From Patescibacteria group bacterium (GTDB taxonomy: Bacteria; Patescibacteriota; Microgenomatia; UBA8517), in contig JAHJHG010000001.1 of the NCBI GenBank assembly GCA_018823885.1, forward strand, positions 108,645 through 172,644: DNA of 64,000 bases, in the 5' to 3' direction. A model generated the notes under the pieces. It saw only the letters and a list, made by a program, of their open reading frames with translations, made no database searches and was not told the origin of the DNA. Positions 19,418 to 29,840 of this stretch are shown piece after piece. A program made the translations under genes and the position numbers. Position 1 is the stretch's first letter; each line of letters begins with the position of its first letter.

Positions 19418-20081
19418 TTTTATCTTTTATATTTGTTTGAGGTTTTCCAGGAACTTCATGGTGATCACGGCAGCGAGCCTCATAAAGCTCACTTGCTCCA
19501 ACAACCACAATAGGATCTTCATATCTTGCTGGGCGGCCATTAATCAATCGTTGTGTGAATGATGCTGATTCTCCACAAACCATACATATCGCATAAAACT
19601 TTTTTAATTTATCTGCTTGAGCCATAAGAATAGGTACTGCACCAAAGGGCTCACCGCGAAAGTCGGCATCCAAACCAGCGACGATAACACGGTATTTATT
19701 GTCAGCCAATTCTTGAACAAACGGGATTATTTCGTTACCAAAAAACTGAGCTTCATCTATAGCAACGACAGAAGTATGTGGTCTTAACAGTTTTTTTATC
19801 TGCTGGACTTCTTTAACCGGAGTTGCCTCAAATTCTTTCCCCGAATGGGAGGCAAGTTTGTCTTTGTTATATCTTACGTCTAAGTCGGACTTGAACACTT
19901 GGATTTGATGCTTGGCAATTTTGGCCCGACGAAGGCGCCTCATCAATTCTTCAGTCTTTCCACTAAACATACACCCAGCAATAACCTCCACGGAACCGAT
20001 CTTTACAAATCTAATTTCAGACCCTTTGTCTATTTCTAGCATTTCCTTTCGTTTTGTATCAACACTAAGTAGTTCTGTCAA
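19410..20081 (-). CDS. tdk: thymidine kinase
   Basis: P-loop GCMFSGKTEEL, VAIDEAQFF, C-terminal zinc ribbon C..C...C..H. Confidence 0.85.
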   Translation of the reverse strand: MTELLSVDTKRKEMLEIDKGSEIRFVKIGSVEVIAGCMFSGKTEELMRRLRRAKIAKHQIQVFKSDLDVRYNKDKLASHSGKEFEATPVKEVQQIKKLLRPHTSVVAIDEAQFFGNEIIPFVQELADNKYRVIVAGLDADFRGEPFGAVPILMAQADKLKKFYAICMVCGESASFTQRLINGRPARYEDPIVVVGASELYEARCRDHHEVPGKPQTNIKDKNE

Positions 20082-22078
20082 CTACTAGTTGGAGGTTTTT
20101 CTGGAGTCGGCTTTCGCCATGAAGCCCATTTACAATCTGGATATTGAGAGCATCCAAAAAACCTTCTCTTCTTTTTAGTTTGCCTAATAATGACGTCTCC
20201 CTTACCACAATCAGGGCATTTCATGCCCACCTTTTCAATATATTTGTCCGTAAAATCACAGTCGGGAAATCTTGAACAAGAAATAAATTTCCCAAATCTC
20301 CCAATTCTTATAACCAGTTCTCCCTTTTTGCATTTCGTACATTTTTTGCCAAGTTTCTCGGTTTCAATTTTGACTCTTTTGGCTTCTTTCTCAACTTTCT
20401 TTAATTTTTTACCTAGAGGATTCCAAAATCCGCTTATTAGTTTTTCCCACTCTTTCTTTCCCTCAGCAACATCGTCTAAATCAGCTTCCATTTGAGCCGT
20501 AAAAGAATATTCAAAAACGTCAGGAAAGTTTGCCAATAAAAAGTCATTTACAGCAACACCTACTGGCGTTGAATAGAATTTCCTCTCTTTCTTTTCAACA
20601 TAGTTTCTTACTTGAATTGTGGAAATTGTCGGTGCATATGTAGAAGGTCTACCTATTCCAAGTTTTTCGAGTGTTCGAATGATAGAAGCTTCATTATACC
20701 TAGCTGGAGGTTCCGTAAATTTTTGATTTGGAATAACCTTAATTAATTTAAGTTGTTCATCAACTGTCAACGCAGGCAACTCCTGTTCTTCATTGTTTCC
20801 CGTTTTCTTTATAACTTTTCTCCAACCGTCAAATTTCGTCATTCTCCCTGATGTTCTCAGAAGATATTTCTTGCCATCAACCCCTTCGACTTCGATAGTT
20901 GTTTCATCATAAATCGCTTCTTTCATTTGACATGCAATAAATCTGTTCCAAATAAGGCCATATAGTTTCTCTGCATCGTTACCATATCTCCCTGGCACAC
21001 TGACTTCTTCCTTCATTTTTGTTGGCCTAATCGCCTCATGAGCTTCTTGGGCAACTTTAGCTTTTGTTTTATATAGTCTGGGTTGTTCCGGAAGATAATT
21101 TTCCCCATATTTCTTTTCGATAAATCCTCTAGCTTTATTTATGGCGGAAATTGCAATGTTGGTTGAATCAGTTCGGTGGTAAGTAATTAGTCCTTCTTCA
21201 TATAATCTTTGCGCAACTGACATTGTCTTCTTGGCAGACCAGTGAAAAAGATTTGCAGCCGCTTGTGTCATTGTAGAAGTTGTAAACGGAGCATTGGGAT
21301 TTTTCTTAACTTCTCTTTTATTAATTGCTAGGACCTTATACTTTGCTTTATTAAGCCCTGTAACAACCTCATCCGCATCTTTTTTATTCGTAATATCGGC
21401 TTTCTCATCGTCTATCCTTGCAAGATTAACTGTTAGTTTTATTTTTTTACCTTTTGTTTGGGCAACCTCGCAAAATATCTCCCAATACTCATCGGGTTTG
21501 AATTTTTTAATTTCTCGCTCGCGTTCAACGATTAATCTTACTGTAATCGTTTGTACTCGACCCGCTGAAAGACCACGCCTTACTTTTTTCCAAAGAAGCG
21601 GAGAAAGCTCATAACCAACAAGCCTGTCTAAAACTCTTCTTGCAATTTGGGCATCAATAAGTTTTTTATCAATGCTTCGCGGTGACTCTATTGCTTTATT
21701 AACAGCTTTTTTCGTAATTTCATGAAACACTATCCTTTTAATCTTGTCTTCCGAAATTTTTCCTTTCGCATTTTCGTGAAATATTTCATAAGCGTGATAA
21801 GCAATTGCTTCTCCTTCACGATCAGGGTCTGTTGCCAAATATATTTTTTCTGCCTTCTTGGCCGACTTTACCATCTCTTCTATGTCTTTTTCTCTTCCTG
21901 GAACAACCACGTAATCTGGCTTAAAGTTATTCTCTATATCAACCCCTAGTTTTGATTTTGGAAGATCTTTTAGGTGGCCCGTCGTTGCTACTACATTAAC
22001 ATCTCCACTCAAAAATTTAGTTATAGTTCTCGCCTTTGTCGGGCTTTCAACAATTATTAAGTCCATCTGCTTAGTCAA
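20078..22078 (-). CDS. topA: DNA topoisomerase I
   Basis: Toprim N-terminus (LIIVESPTKARTI), active-site region, three C-terminal C4 zinc ribbons (CTKCKKG, CPDCGKG, CSQYPDC). Confidence 0.9.
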   Translation of the reverse strand: MTKQMDLIIVESPTKARTITKFLSGDVNVVATTGHLKDLPKSKLGVDIENNFKPDYVVVPGREKDIEEMVKSAKKAEKIYLATDPDREGEAIAYHAYEIFHENAKGKISEDKIKRIVFHEITKKAVNKAIESPRSIDKKLIDAQIARRVLDRLVGYELSPLLWKKVRRGLSAGRVQTITVRLIVEREREIKKFKPDEYWEIFCEVAQTKGKKIKLTVNLARIDDEKADITNKKDADEVVTGLNKAKYKVLAINKREVKKNPNAPFTTSTMTQAAANLFHWSAKKTMSVAQRLYEEGLITYHRTDSTNIAISAINKARGFIEKKYGENYLPEQPRLYKTKAKVAQEAHEAIRPTKMKEEVSVPGRYGNDAEKLYGLIWNRFIACQMKEAIYDETTIEVEGVDGKKYLLRTSGRMTKFDGWRKVIKKTGNNEEQELPALTVDEQLKLIKVIPNQKFTEPPARYNEASIIRTLEKLGIGRPSTYAPTISTIQVRNYVEKKERKFYSTPVGVAVNDFLLANFPDVFEYSFTAQMEADLDDVAEGKKEWEKLISGFWNPLGKKLKKVEKEAKRVKIETEKLGKKCTKCKKGELVIRIGRFGKFISCSRFPDCDFTDKYIEKVGMKCPDCGKGDVIIRQTKKKRRFFGCSQYPDCKWASWRKPTPEKPPTSS

Positions 22079-22090
22079 TAAAACATTATT

Positions 22091-22798
22091 CTAGATGATC
22101 ACGTCAAGTATGTCTTTTGGATTTTGAGCAATTTGCGCTCCATTCTCTATCAAAAATAGAGGTGCCGCAGAGAGGGGTGAGTCGATTGGCCCAGGAATCG
22201 CAAACACTTCTCTTCCCTGGTTCGCCGCCCAAGACGCAGTTGATAATGTTCCACTTCTTCTGGCTCCCTCCACAACCAATACGGCTAGTGATAATCCTGA
22301 AATTATTCTGTTTCTGGTTAAGAAATTCCTACCTAAAGGTTTTGTTCCAAGAGGGAACTCCGAAACTAATGCACCGTTTTTTCTGACTCTTTCTGCAAGG
22401 GCTTTGTTCTCCGGTGGATATATTATGTCCAGACCACACCCTAATACCGCTATTGTTCTCCCACCCGCACTCAAAGCAGCCTTGTGGGCGATAGTATCAA
22501 TACCACGAGCGAGCCCTGAAATGATTGTTACTTTGTTTTTAGCCAACTCTCTGGCAAATTTTGCCGCCATTCTTTTACCATAATCTGTCATCTTTCTTGA
22601 CCCAACTATGGCAACTGCTTTTCTATCTCTCTTTCTGATCTTTCCTGAAATATATAAAAGTTCTGGTCTCTCATTGTCAGGCAAGGCTAAAAGGTTTTCA
22701 GGATATCGCTTGTCTTGCCAATCTGCCGTATATATTTCCTTATTCATTTCGATCGTTAAACCAATAGTCAAATATTTCTCTGGCAATCGGGCCTGCAA
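22091..22798 (-). CDS. dprA: DNA processing protein DprA (Smf)
   Basis: Rossmann-like core ...AIVGSR..T.YG...A..A..LA..G..IISGLARGID..AH. Confidence 0.85.
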   Translation of the reverse strand: MQARLPEKYLTIGLTIEMNKEIYTADWQDKRYPENLLALPDNERPELLYISGKIRKRDRKAVAIVGSRKMTDYGKRMAAKFARELAKNKVTIISGLARGIDTIAHKAALSAGGRTIAVLGCGLDIIYPPENKALAERVRKNGALVSEFPLGTKPLGRNFLTRNRIISGLSLAVLVVEGARRSGTLSTASWAANQGREVFAIPGPIDSPLSAAPLFLIENGAQIAQNPKDILDVII

Positions 22799-24404
22799 CT
22801 TGCGAGCCCTCTCCTCCTTTTTCTACCAAAACAGTAGCGACTATTTCTGGAAAATCTGATGGAGCAAATACCGTAAACCAGGCGTGTGTTTCATCTTCTA
22901 TATTTGTTTCTGCCGTACCAGTTTTGCAAGCAACCTGTGGACTAAAATCAAAAAACGTGAAGCCTGTTCCATCTTCACTGCAAACCCCGACCATGCCCTC
23001 CTTAACAAGTTCTAAATTACTTGTATCAATATCCAAGTCTTTGCATTTTTCATCTCCTACTATTTTTGGTTCACACAAAAACCCATTGGATGCAATGGTA
23101 GAAATAGAGGTGTTTATGCCAATCGGCGTTAAAGAAAGATCTCCCTGTCCAATGGAAACATGGTAAGTGTTTCCCAAAAACCAACGTTCTCCTTTGACTT
23201 CCTCTTTCCACTCTGGAGTCGGAACCAATCCGGAAATCTCACCAGGCAAATCAATTCCCGTCTTTTCTCCAAGACCTAACTTATGTGACCAATCTACCAA
23301 TTTCTCTATGCCCACAAGTTCGCCTATTGTATAAAAGAAAGTGTCGGTCGAACGAGCGATAGCCCGTACAAGACCTATCTCTCCCTCAGTTCTTCCATAT
23401 TGGGTAAAATACCAGTTTGCATAGGAGTATTCGCCATATAATGTTTTCATCGTAATTTGGCCCTTATCTTCATAAATATATTCTTCGTCAATTTCTTCTT
23501 CTTCCAGTGCGGCAATGGCAACAACTGGTTTATAAACTGATCCAGGAGCAAAGCTGCCACCGATAACACGATTGAATAATGGCAAATTTTTGTCATTTAG
23601 TACTTCTCCTATTTTGTTTTGGTCATCACCACCTACAAAAATATTGGGGTCATAAGATGGCGAGGAATAAAGTGCCAATACCTCGCCCCTGGGGTCTGTG
23701 ATAATTACGGCACCTTGTCTCTCTAAAGGCATGTCCTCGTTTTTCACAATGATATCGGCAACCTTTTCTTGCAAAAAGTAGTTGATTGTTGTTTGGATAT
23801 TTTCCCCAGGAATTGGATCCTTTTTCCCAAGAACACGGATTTTCTTACCAGAAGAATCTACTTCCACTAGCTCCTCACCGTCAACCCCCGAAAGAATACA
23901 TTCATATTGCTGTTCCAAACCACTCCTGCCAACTAACTGACCTATCTTCCTCGGCCCTTTTTCTGGACATTGAGGGTTAATGGTCTCTAGCTCTTCTTCG
24001 TTCACCTCACCCACATAACCACTAATATGAGCAGCGGCTGCTCCAAGTTTGTAATCTCTTTCCCATTCTGTAATTATTTCTTCCTCGGTTGCATCACGAA
24101 TATTTGCTGTTTTTTTATAACCAGATCCTGGATCAAAAATCACTCTATTTTTTATTTCTTTATTCCCCACCAGCAATTCTCCACCGCGCGCTAAAATTGT
24201 TCCTCTAGGGGCGGAGATCGGGACTCGCCTAATTCTGTTTCCTTCTGCTAAATCTCTGTAGTAATCTCCCTTGATTATTTGAAGTTCAATAAGTCTCCCT
24301 ATTACTATCACAAAACCTAGGATAAGAGCCCCTCTTAAAAACCAACCAAGCCAACTTTGTGTTTTTGAATTAGAAAGTTTCTCCATAATCATATAATACC
24401 GCAA
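22740..24404 (-). CDS. mrdA: penicillin-binding protein 2 (class B transpeptidase)
   Basis: N-terminal TM anchor plus dimerisation domain. Transpeptidase motifs (...SxxK..., SxN, KTGT: ACKTGTAE). Adjacent to mreB. Confidence 0.85.
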   Translation of the reverse strand: MRYYMIMEKLSNSKTQSWLGWFLRGALILGFVIVIGRLIELQIIKGDYYRDLAEGNRIRRVPISAPRGTILARGGELLVGNKEIKNRVIFDPGSGYKKTANIRDATEEEIITEWERDYKLGAAAAHISGYVGEVNEEELETINPQCPEKGPRKIGQLVGRSGLEQQYECILSGVDGEELVEVDSSGKKIRVLGKKDPIPGENIQTTINYFLQEKVADIIVKNEDMPLERQGAVIITDPRGEVLALYSSPSYDPNIFVGGDDQNKIGEVLNDKNLPLFNRVIGGSFAPGSVYKPVVAIAALEEEEIDEEYIYEDKGQITMKTLYGEYSYANWYFTQYGRTEGEIGLVRAIARSTDTFFYTIGELVGIEKLVDWSHKLGLGEKTGIDLPGEISGLVPTPEWKEEVKGERWFLGNTYHVSIGQGDLSLTPIGINTSISTIASNGFLCEPKIVGDEKCKDLDIDTSNLELVKEGMVGVCSEDGTGFTFFDFSPQVACKTGTAETNIEDETHAWFTVFAPSDFPEIVATVLVEKGGEGSQVAGPIAREIFDYWFNDRNE

Positions 24405-24469
24405 ATCTTTGCTTAACTCAGTTGTTTTTTGTTATTATTGCCCCAGCCGAACATTAACAGGAGGGAAAA

Positions 24470-24745
24470 ATGAATATCTGGGTTTCTTTAATAGTAAGTG
24501 TTTTTTTAATAGGCGTCGGATGGTATTTCGTCTGGACTAGAAACGCTCACCAACCAATAGGAATCAACTTCGTTGTAGCCGCAATTGCTTTGATTTACGT
24601 TATTGCCGCACAAAAGCCAGTTGTGTGGATATCTCTGCCAGCTCTTTGGTTTGCAGGATGTGCCATACCCCTTTTGTATGATTCATGGGCCTGGGCTAAG
24701 TTAGCAAGGGAACAGGAAAAAATGGGGTCAGAAGACTACTATTAA
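24470..24745 (+). CDS. small membrane protein
   Basis: 91 aa, three hydrophobic helices. Occupies the gap between PBP2 and mreB. Confidence 0.35.
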   Translation: MNIWVSLIVSVFLIGVGWYFVWTRNAHQPIGINFVVAAIALIYVIAAQKPVVWISLPALWFAGCAIPLLYDSWAWAKLAREQEKMGSEDYY

Positions 24746-24813
24746 AACTCGAGAAGGTGAAATAAGGAGCTTACAATGTTAAGCAACAACAAACATTGTA
24801 AGCTCCACATATC

Positions 24814-25854
24814 TTATAACCCCTTAGTAACTCTGATTTTCTTAAGAAGCCCTGGATCCTCCAAAACCTTGCCGCACCCTCTTACAACACACGTTATCGG
24901 ATCATCGGCAATCCAAACTGGCATTTTTGTTTCCTCAGAAACCACTTTGTCAATCCCAGGCAAAAGGGAACTCCCTCCCGCCATAACAATTCCCTTTTCC
25001 ATAATATCTGATATGAGCTCTGGCGGTGTTTCCTCAAGAGCCTCTACTATATTTCCAATTATTTCTCTTAAGGTGGGTGCCAACGACTCTCTCACTTCCG
25101 TACTTGAAAGTTTCACAGACTTCGGAAGTCCAGATTCTAAATCTCTACCTCTAATTACGTGGAATTTTTCTTTTTTTGAAGCAGCTGATCCAATATTTAT
25201 TTTTACTTCTTCTGCCGTCGATTCACCCAAAAGAAGTGAATATTTAAGCCTTGCATATTTGATAATCGCCTCATCCATCTCATCACCAGCAATTCTTATC
25301 GAACGGCCAATCACAATTCCTCCTAAGGAAATTACGGCAATTTCCGTAGTGCCTCCTCCAATATCGACCACAAATTTCCCTTTCGGATCCTCGATTGATA
25401 ACCCTGCTCCAATAGCTGCCGCCATTGGCTCTTCTATAAGATGTGCTTGTCTTGCTCCAGCCGCAACTGCGGCGTCGGCAACCGCTCTTCTTTCTACCTC
25501 CGTTACTCCTGATGGTATTCCAATAACAACTTTTGGTCTTGGGATTTTTGGTATAACCGTACCAGATTCATGAACTTTTTTAACATAATAATCCAACATC
25601 GCTGCCGTTGCATCAAAGTCTGCTATAACTCCGTCCCTTAAGGGCCTTATCGTCTCGATTGTCGCTGGAACACGCCCCAACATTCTTTTTGCTGATGAAC
25701 CAATGGCCAAAATTTCTTTTGTTTTTTTATGCCTGGCAACTACAGAAGGTTCCCTAATAACAACTCCTTTCCCCCGCACCCAAACTAATGTGTTGGCAGT
25801 ACCTAAATCTATACCGACGTCATGACTGAAGAAACCAAAAATGCGATTAATCAT
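24814..25854 (-). CDS. mreB: rod shape-determining protein MreB
   Basis: Actin-fold motifs: DLGTANTLV, ...IRPLRDGVIADF..., DIGGGTTE. Confidence 0.9.
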   Translation of the reverse strand: MINRIFGFFSHDVGIDLGTANTLVWVRGKGVVIREPSVVARHKKTKEILAIGSSAKRMLGRVPATIETIRPLRDGVIADFDATAAMLDYYVKKVHESGTVIPKIPRPKVVIGIPSGVTEVERRAVADAAVAAGARQAHLIEEPMAAAIGAGLSIEDPKGKFVVDIGGGTTEIAVISLGGIVIGRSIRIAGDEMDEAIIKYARLKYSLLLGESTAEEVKINIGSAASKKEKFHVIRGRDLESGLPKSVKLSSTEVRESLAPTLREIIGNIVEALEETPPELISDIMEKGIVMAGGSSLLPGIDKVVSEETKMPVWIADDPITCVVRGCGKVLEDPGLLKKIRVTKGL

Positions 25855-25972
25855 ATCTTTATTGTCTTTAACAGGCTCTTTTGCTGCGGGTCAAGTATAA
25901 CCTCCGAGAAACACCTTTGCAAAGCGAAAAACTCTTTCTTTTGACACATAATTGCTGTAAATTTAGGGAGTT

Positions 25973-28039
25973 GTGATTACTTGGTTTGCAAATTTAATTC
26001 CATTTTTATTTAACGTACTTTTTTTCTTTGTACCTTTGGTTCTATTTCCAAAAACCTCTGAGCTTTTTGAATTTAACAAGGTAGTTATAATTTATGCAGT
26101 CACAATTGCAATTGTAGCCTCTTGGTTGATAAAGATGGTTGCAGAAAGAAAAGTAATATTTCGTCGCACAATATTAGACTACCCCCTTTTAATTTTCTTG
26201 GGGGTGCAATTGATCTCCACGGTTTTTTCAATTGATACACATACTTCCTTTTTTGGTTATTATTCTCGCTTCCACGGCGGATTCCTCTCTTCTCTCTCCT
26301 ACTCTCTCCTTTATTGGGCATATGTTTCAAACATGAATTTTTCTAAAACAAAGAAAGCAATCTATATAACACTTGTTTCTGCCATCTTCGTTTCTATATA
26401 CGGTGTGCTTGAACGCCTTGGTATTGATAAAAATATCTGGGTGCAGGATGTTCAAAACAGAATCTTTTCTACTTTGGGGCAACCAAACTGGCTTGCTGCA
26501 TGGATTACTGCCCTCATACCCATTACTTGGGCGCTTATAATTTCCAAGGGGCAGAAGTATAAACATTATCATGGATTATTAGGAATATTTTCACTATTTT
26601 TCCTTGTTTTACTTTATACCAAGTCGCGCTCCGGAATATTGGGCTTTGCGGCTTCTTATTTTACCTTTTGGGTCGGTTTTTATCTTCTAAATAAAAATAT
26701 TAAAACAATATTTCGGTCATTTCTGCAAATTACTTTTCTTGCTCTAATTATCACTTCGGTCATTGGGACTCCTTGGACCCCAAACTTAGGTGATCTTTTC
26801 AAAAAGTCCGATATCACTGAGTCCCAACCAGCAAGCGCACCTGTTGGACCAGCCCTTGAGGTTGGCGGAACAGAATCGGGAGAAATTAGAAAAATAGTTT
26901 GGAAGGGTGCTATAAATATCTGGAAGAATTACCCTATTTTTGGCTCCGGTGTTGAAACGTTTGCGTACTCTTATTACAACTTTCGACCCGTCGAACACAA
27001 TCTTGTTTCTGAATGGGATTTTCTTTACAACAAAGCCCACAACGAATACTTAAATTTTTTGGCCACTACCGGTACCGTAGGATTCTTATCCTATCTCGGA
27101 GTCCTCTTGTTTATGATTTATGTCTTTGTTGGCCCTTGGCTTGATAAACATAAGGAAAAATTAATTAAAGTAACCGAAAAACAAGTTTTACCTCTTGCCT
27201 TTTTGTCAGGGTTTTCTAGCATATTGGTAACCAATTTTTTTGGCTTTTCTGTTGCCCCCGTTGCTCTTCTCTTTTTCTTATACCCAGCAATGATGGTGAC
27301 TGTTTCTATAAAAGATAGTGCACGAGCCACAACTCCAAGAAAAGAAATTTTTGACACTTCACAAACAATAAGTGGTGGAATGGTTTTGGCTGTCACGTTT
27401 TACTTATTATTTCTTCTCTCCCGATATTGGTATACCGATACGCTTTTCGCAGAAGGGAAAATGCAAAATGACGTGGATAATTTTACTCATGCAAGAGAGA
27501 TATTGTTAAAAGCTACGAAATACTCTCCCAAGGAAGCCGTCTATTATGATGAGCTTTCGGAGGCAACAAGCGGAATTGCTTTAAGTTTAAGTGAATCAGC
27601 AAACGAAGAAGCAGCTGAACAATTCGCATTAACCTCAATTAATGAATCCGCAAAAGCAGTTGAACTTTCACCCTCCAATTTAAATATAAGAAGGAATAGG
27701 GCAAGATTATTTATTAAACTTTCCATTATTGACCCTACTTATTTGGTCGGCGCTAGAGAAACGCTTATCGAGGCAGTCAAACTTGCTCCGACAGATGCTA
27801 AACTTTTTTATAATTTAGGGCTGACTCTTGCTAGGTTAGGAGAATCTAATGAAGCAATAGAGGTTATGGAGCAAACGATAGAGATGAAAGCCAATTATAG
27901 AGACGCTAGGTTTGCCCGCGCTCTTCTCCTAGTAGATGCGGGTCGAAATGAAGAAGCAATAAGCGAACTTTCATACATTTTAGAGAAAATAAGCCCCGAA
28001 GATGAACTAGTGAGACTTCAGCTGGAAGAATTAAAATAA
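25973..28039 (+). CDS. polytopic membrane protein with an O-antigen ligase/polymerase-like (Wzy_C-type) core and a C-terminal TPR repeat domain
   Basis: At least 10 hydrophobic helices. Wzy_C-like loop (...YTKSRSGILGFAASY...). The C-terminal 200 aa show TPR periodicity (...YYNLGLTLARLGESNEAIEVMEQTIEMKANYRDARFARALLL...). Confidence 0.55.
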   Translation: MITWFANLIPFLFNVLFFFVPLVLFPKTSELFEFNKVVIIYAVTIAIVASWLIKMVAERKVIFRRTILDYPLLIFLGVQLISTVFSIDTHTSFFGYYSRFHGGFLSSLSYSLLYWAYVSNMNFSKTKKAIYITLVSAIFVSIYGVLERLGIDKNIWVQDVQNRIFSTLGQPNWLAAWITALIPITWALIISKGQKYKHYHGLLGIFSLFFLVLLYTKSRSGILGFAASYFTFWVGFYLLNKNIKTIFRSFLQITFLALIITSVIGTPWTPNLGDLFKKSDITESQPASAPVGPALEVGGTESGEIRKIVWKGAINIWKNYPIFGSGVETFAYSYYNFRPVEHNLVSEWDFLYNKAHNEYLNFLATTGTVGFLSYLGVLLFMIYVFVGPWLDKHKEKLIKVTEKQVLPLAFLSGFSSILVTNFFGFSVAPVALLFFLYPAMMVTVSIKDSARATTPRKEIFDTSQTISGGMVLAVTFYLLFLLSRYWYTDTLFAEGKMQNDVDNFTHAREILLKATKYSPKEAVYYDELSEATSGIALSLSESANEEAAEQFALTSINESAKAVELSPSNLNIRRNRARLFIKLSIIDPTYLVGARETLIEAVKLAPTDAKLFYNLGLTLARLGESNEAIEVMEQTIEMKANYRDARFARALLLVDAGRNEEAISELSYILEKISPEDELVRLQLEELK

Positions 28040-28078
28040 TCAGAGGTAACTTAAGATTCTCTTTTAATTAAGCTATAA

Positions 28079-28624
28079 TTGCACTTAATGATTAAGAAAG
28101 TTGTCCAAGCGGGAGATTCCAGGTTAAGAAAGTTGTCCAAACCTGTTGAAAAAATAGACAGGAAAATCCTTCTTTTAATATCTGATTTAAAAGAAACATT
28201 GCTGGCTCACAAAGACCCGGAAGGTGTTGGCCTGGCCGCTCCACAGATAGGAAAAAATCTGAGAGTCTTTGTAATGCGCGATGGGGAAGAAATAAAAACC
28301 GTTATTAACCCCGAAATTATCTCTACTACAAAAGCAAAAACAGCCAAAACAAAAAAAGACAACAAAGACGAGGCACTAGAGGGATGCCTGTCAATTCCTC
28401 ATTATTACGGGTCTCTTACGCGAGGAGGAGAAATAACAATAAAATACTTGAACGAAGACGGACAAAAAGTCGTTGAAACATTTAAAGATTTCCCAGCCCA
28501 AATTGTTCAACACGAAATCGATCATCTCGAGGGTCATCTTTTTGTAGACAGACTATTAAAGCAAAAGCGCCCCCTCTATCAAATTAAGGGTGATGAAGTT
28601 GAGGAAGTTGATTTTACTCAATAG
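28079..28624 (+). CDS. def: peptide deformylase
   Basis: Motifs GVGLAAPQIG, EGCLSIP, HEIDHLEG. Confidence 0.85.
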   Translation: MHLMIKKVVQAGDSRLRKLSKPVEKIDRKILLLISDLKETLLAHKDPEGVGLAAPQIGKNLRVFVMRDGEEIKTVINPEIISTTKAKTAKTKKDNKDEALEGCLSIPHYYGSLTRGGEITIKYLNEDGQKVVETFKDFPAQIVQHEIDHLEGHLFVDRLLKQKRPLYQIKGDEVEEVDFTQ

Positions 28625-28627
28625 ATT

Positions 28628-29593
28628 ATGAAAATCGTATTTTTCGGAACACCTGAATATGTCCAGCCTGTTGTTGAAATGCTTCACAAAACTTTCAAGC
28701 CTTCAGGTGATAATAAATCAAGCATTGTCGCTGTCGTTACCCAAAGCCCAAAGCCTGTCGGCAGAAAAAAAATATTATCTCATTCACCAATTGATAAATG
28801 GGCACACAACAAAAATATACAAATCATTAACAAGAGCGATAAGCTTCTTGAATCTGAATTAAAACCCGATATTGGCATTCTTGCCTCTTTCGGCGAAATC
28901 ATTCCAAAAGAAATTTTAAACTATTTTCCTCACGGAATTCTCAATATCCATCCTTCCCTTCTTCCTAAATACAGAGGTGCATCACCAGTCCGGGCAGCAA
29001 TTGCCACGGGTGAAACTGAAACCGGTGTCACCATAATAAAATTGGATGAAAAACTTGATCATGGAAAAATCATTTCTCAATTTAAGGCCGAAATAGAAAA
29101 AGGCGACACGACAAAAACGCTTCGAGAAAGACTTTTCATCCAAGCAGCAGAGGTTCTTGGAACTCTCATTGGTCCTTATTTGGAAGGTAAAGTGAAACCC
29201 AAAATGCAGGACGAGAAAAAAGCAACTTTCACTACCTTAGTGACGAGGAAAGAAGGTTTTATAAAGCCGAAATATATACAAGACGCACTAAATGGAAAAA
29301 GTTTTACGGATAAATGGGATATTCCCTTTATCAAGGTTGGGCCCAAAAAAGATAACTTTAAAGTAACTCCTTCTCCTAAAAGCATTGATTGTTTTATTAG
29401 AGCCATGCATCCCTGGCCGATTGCTTGGACAACAGTGAAAACTAGTTCTAATAAAGAGTCAAGAAGACTAAAGATATCAGAGGCACATTTGTCTGGAAAA
29501 AAGTTGATCCTCGATGAAGTTCAACTTGAAGGCAAAAATCCTGTTTCTTGGAAACAATTTGAAGAAGGTTATCCTACCGTGATATTTTTATAA
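28628..29593 (+). CDS. fmt: methionyl-tRNA formyltransferase
   Basis: MKIVFFGTPE..., NIHPSLLPKYRGASPV. Directly follows def, as in the conserved def-fmt pair. Confidence 0.85.
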   Translation: MKIVFFGTPEYVQPVVEMLHKTFKPSGDNKSSIVAVVTQSPKPVGRKKILSHSPIDKWAHNKNIQIINKSDKLLESELKPDIGILASFGEIIPKEILNYFPHGILNIHPSLLPKYRGASPVRAAIATGETETGVTIIKLDEKLDHGKIISQFKAEIEKGDTTKTLRERLFIQAAEVLGTLIGPYLEGKVKPKMQDEKKATFTTLVTRKEGFIKPKYIQDALNGKSFTDKWDIPFIKVGPKKDNFKVTPSPKSIDCFIRAMHPWPIAWTTVKTSSNKESRRLKISEAHLSGKKLILDEVQLEGKNPVSWKQFEEGYPTVIFL

Positions 29594-29820
29594 TCACCAA
29601 TTGCACCCGACTTTTTAATTCTCTTTAGGCACTTTGTACAAATCTTCATTTTAGTTTTTTTGCCAGAAATGCTAAGCGTGACTTTTTGAAGGTTGGGTTT
29701 AAAAACTCTCCTTGTTGCTGGAGCTTTCTTTTTCCAACGTTTACCAGCAACACCTCTTTTGTGTCGCTGAGACCTACCCACTACTGAACTTTTTTCACAA
29801 ATTTCGCAAATGTATGCCAT
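29569..29820 (-). CDS. rpmB: 50S ribosomal protein L28
   Basis: 83 aa. C..C.K......RSQRH...A.KRW...PNLQKV.. pattern. Confidence 0.75.
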   Translation of the reverse strand: MAYICEICEKSSVVGRSQRHKRGVAGKRWKKKAPATRRVFKPNLQKVTLSISGKKTKMKICTKCLKRIKKSGAIGDYKNITVG

Positions 29821-29840
29821 GATTGTAATCCTTTCAACGC

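Noticed and set aside
24776-25573. 265-aa plus-strand ORF
   Set aside because: Antisense to mreB, whose actin-fold motifs are unambiguous. Low-complexity Ser/Ile-rich translation.
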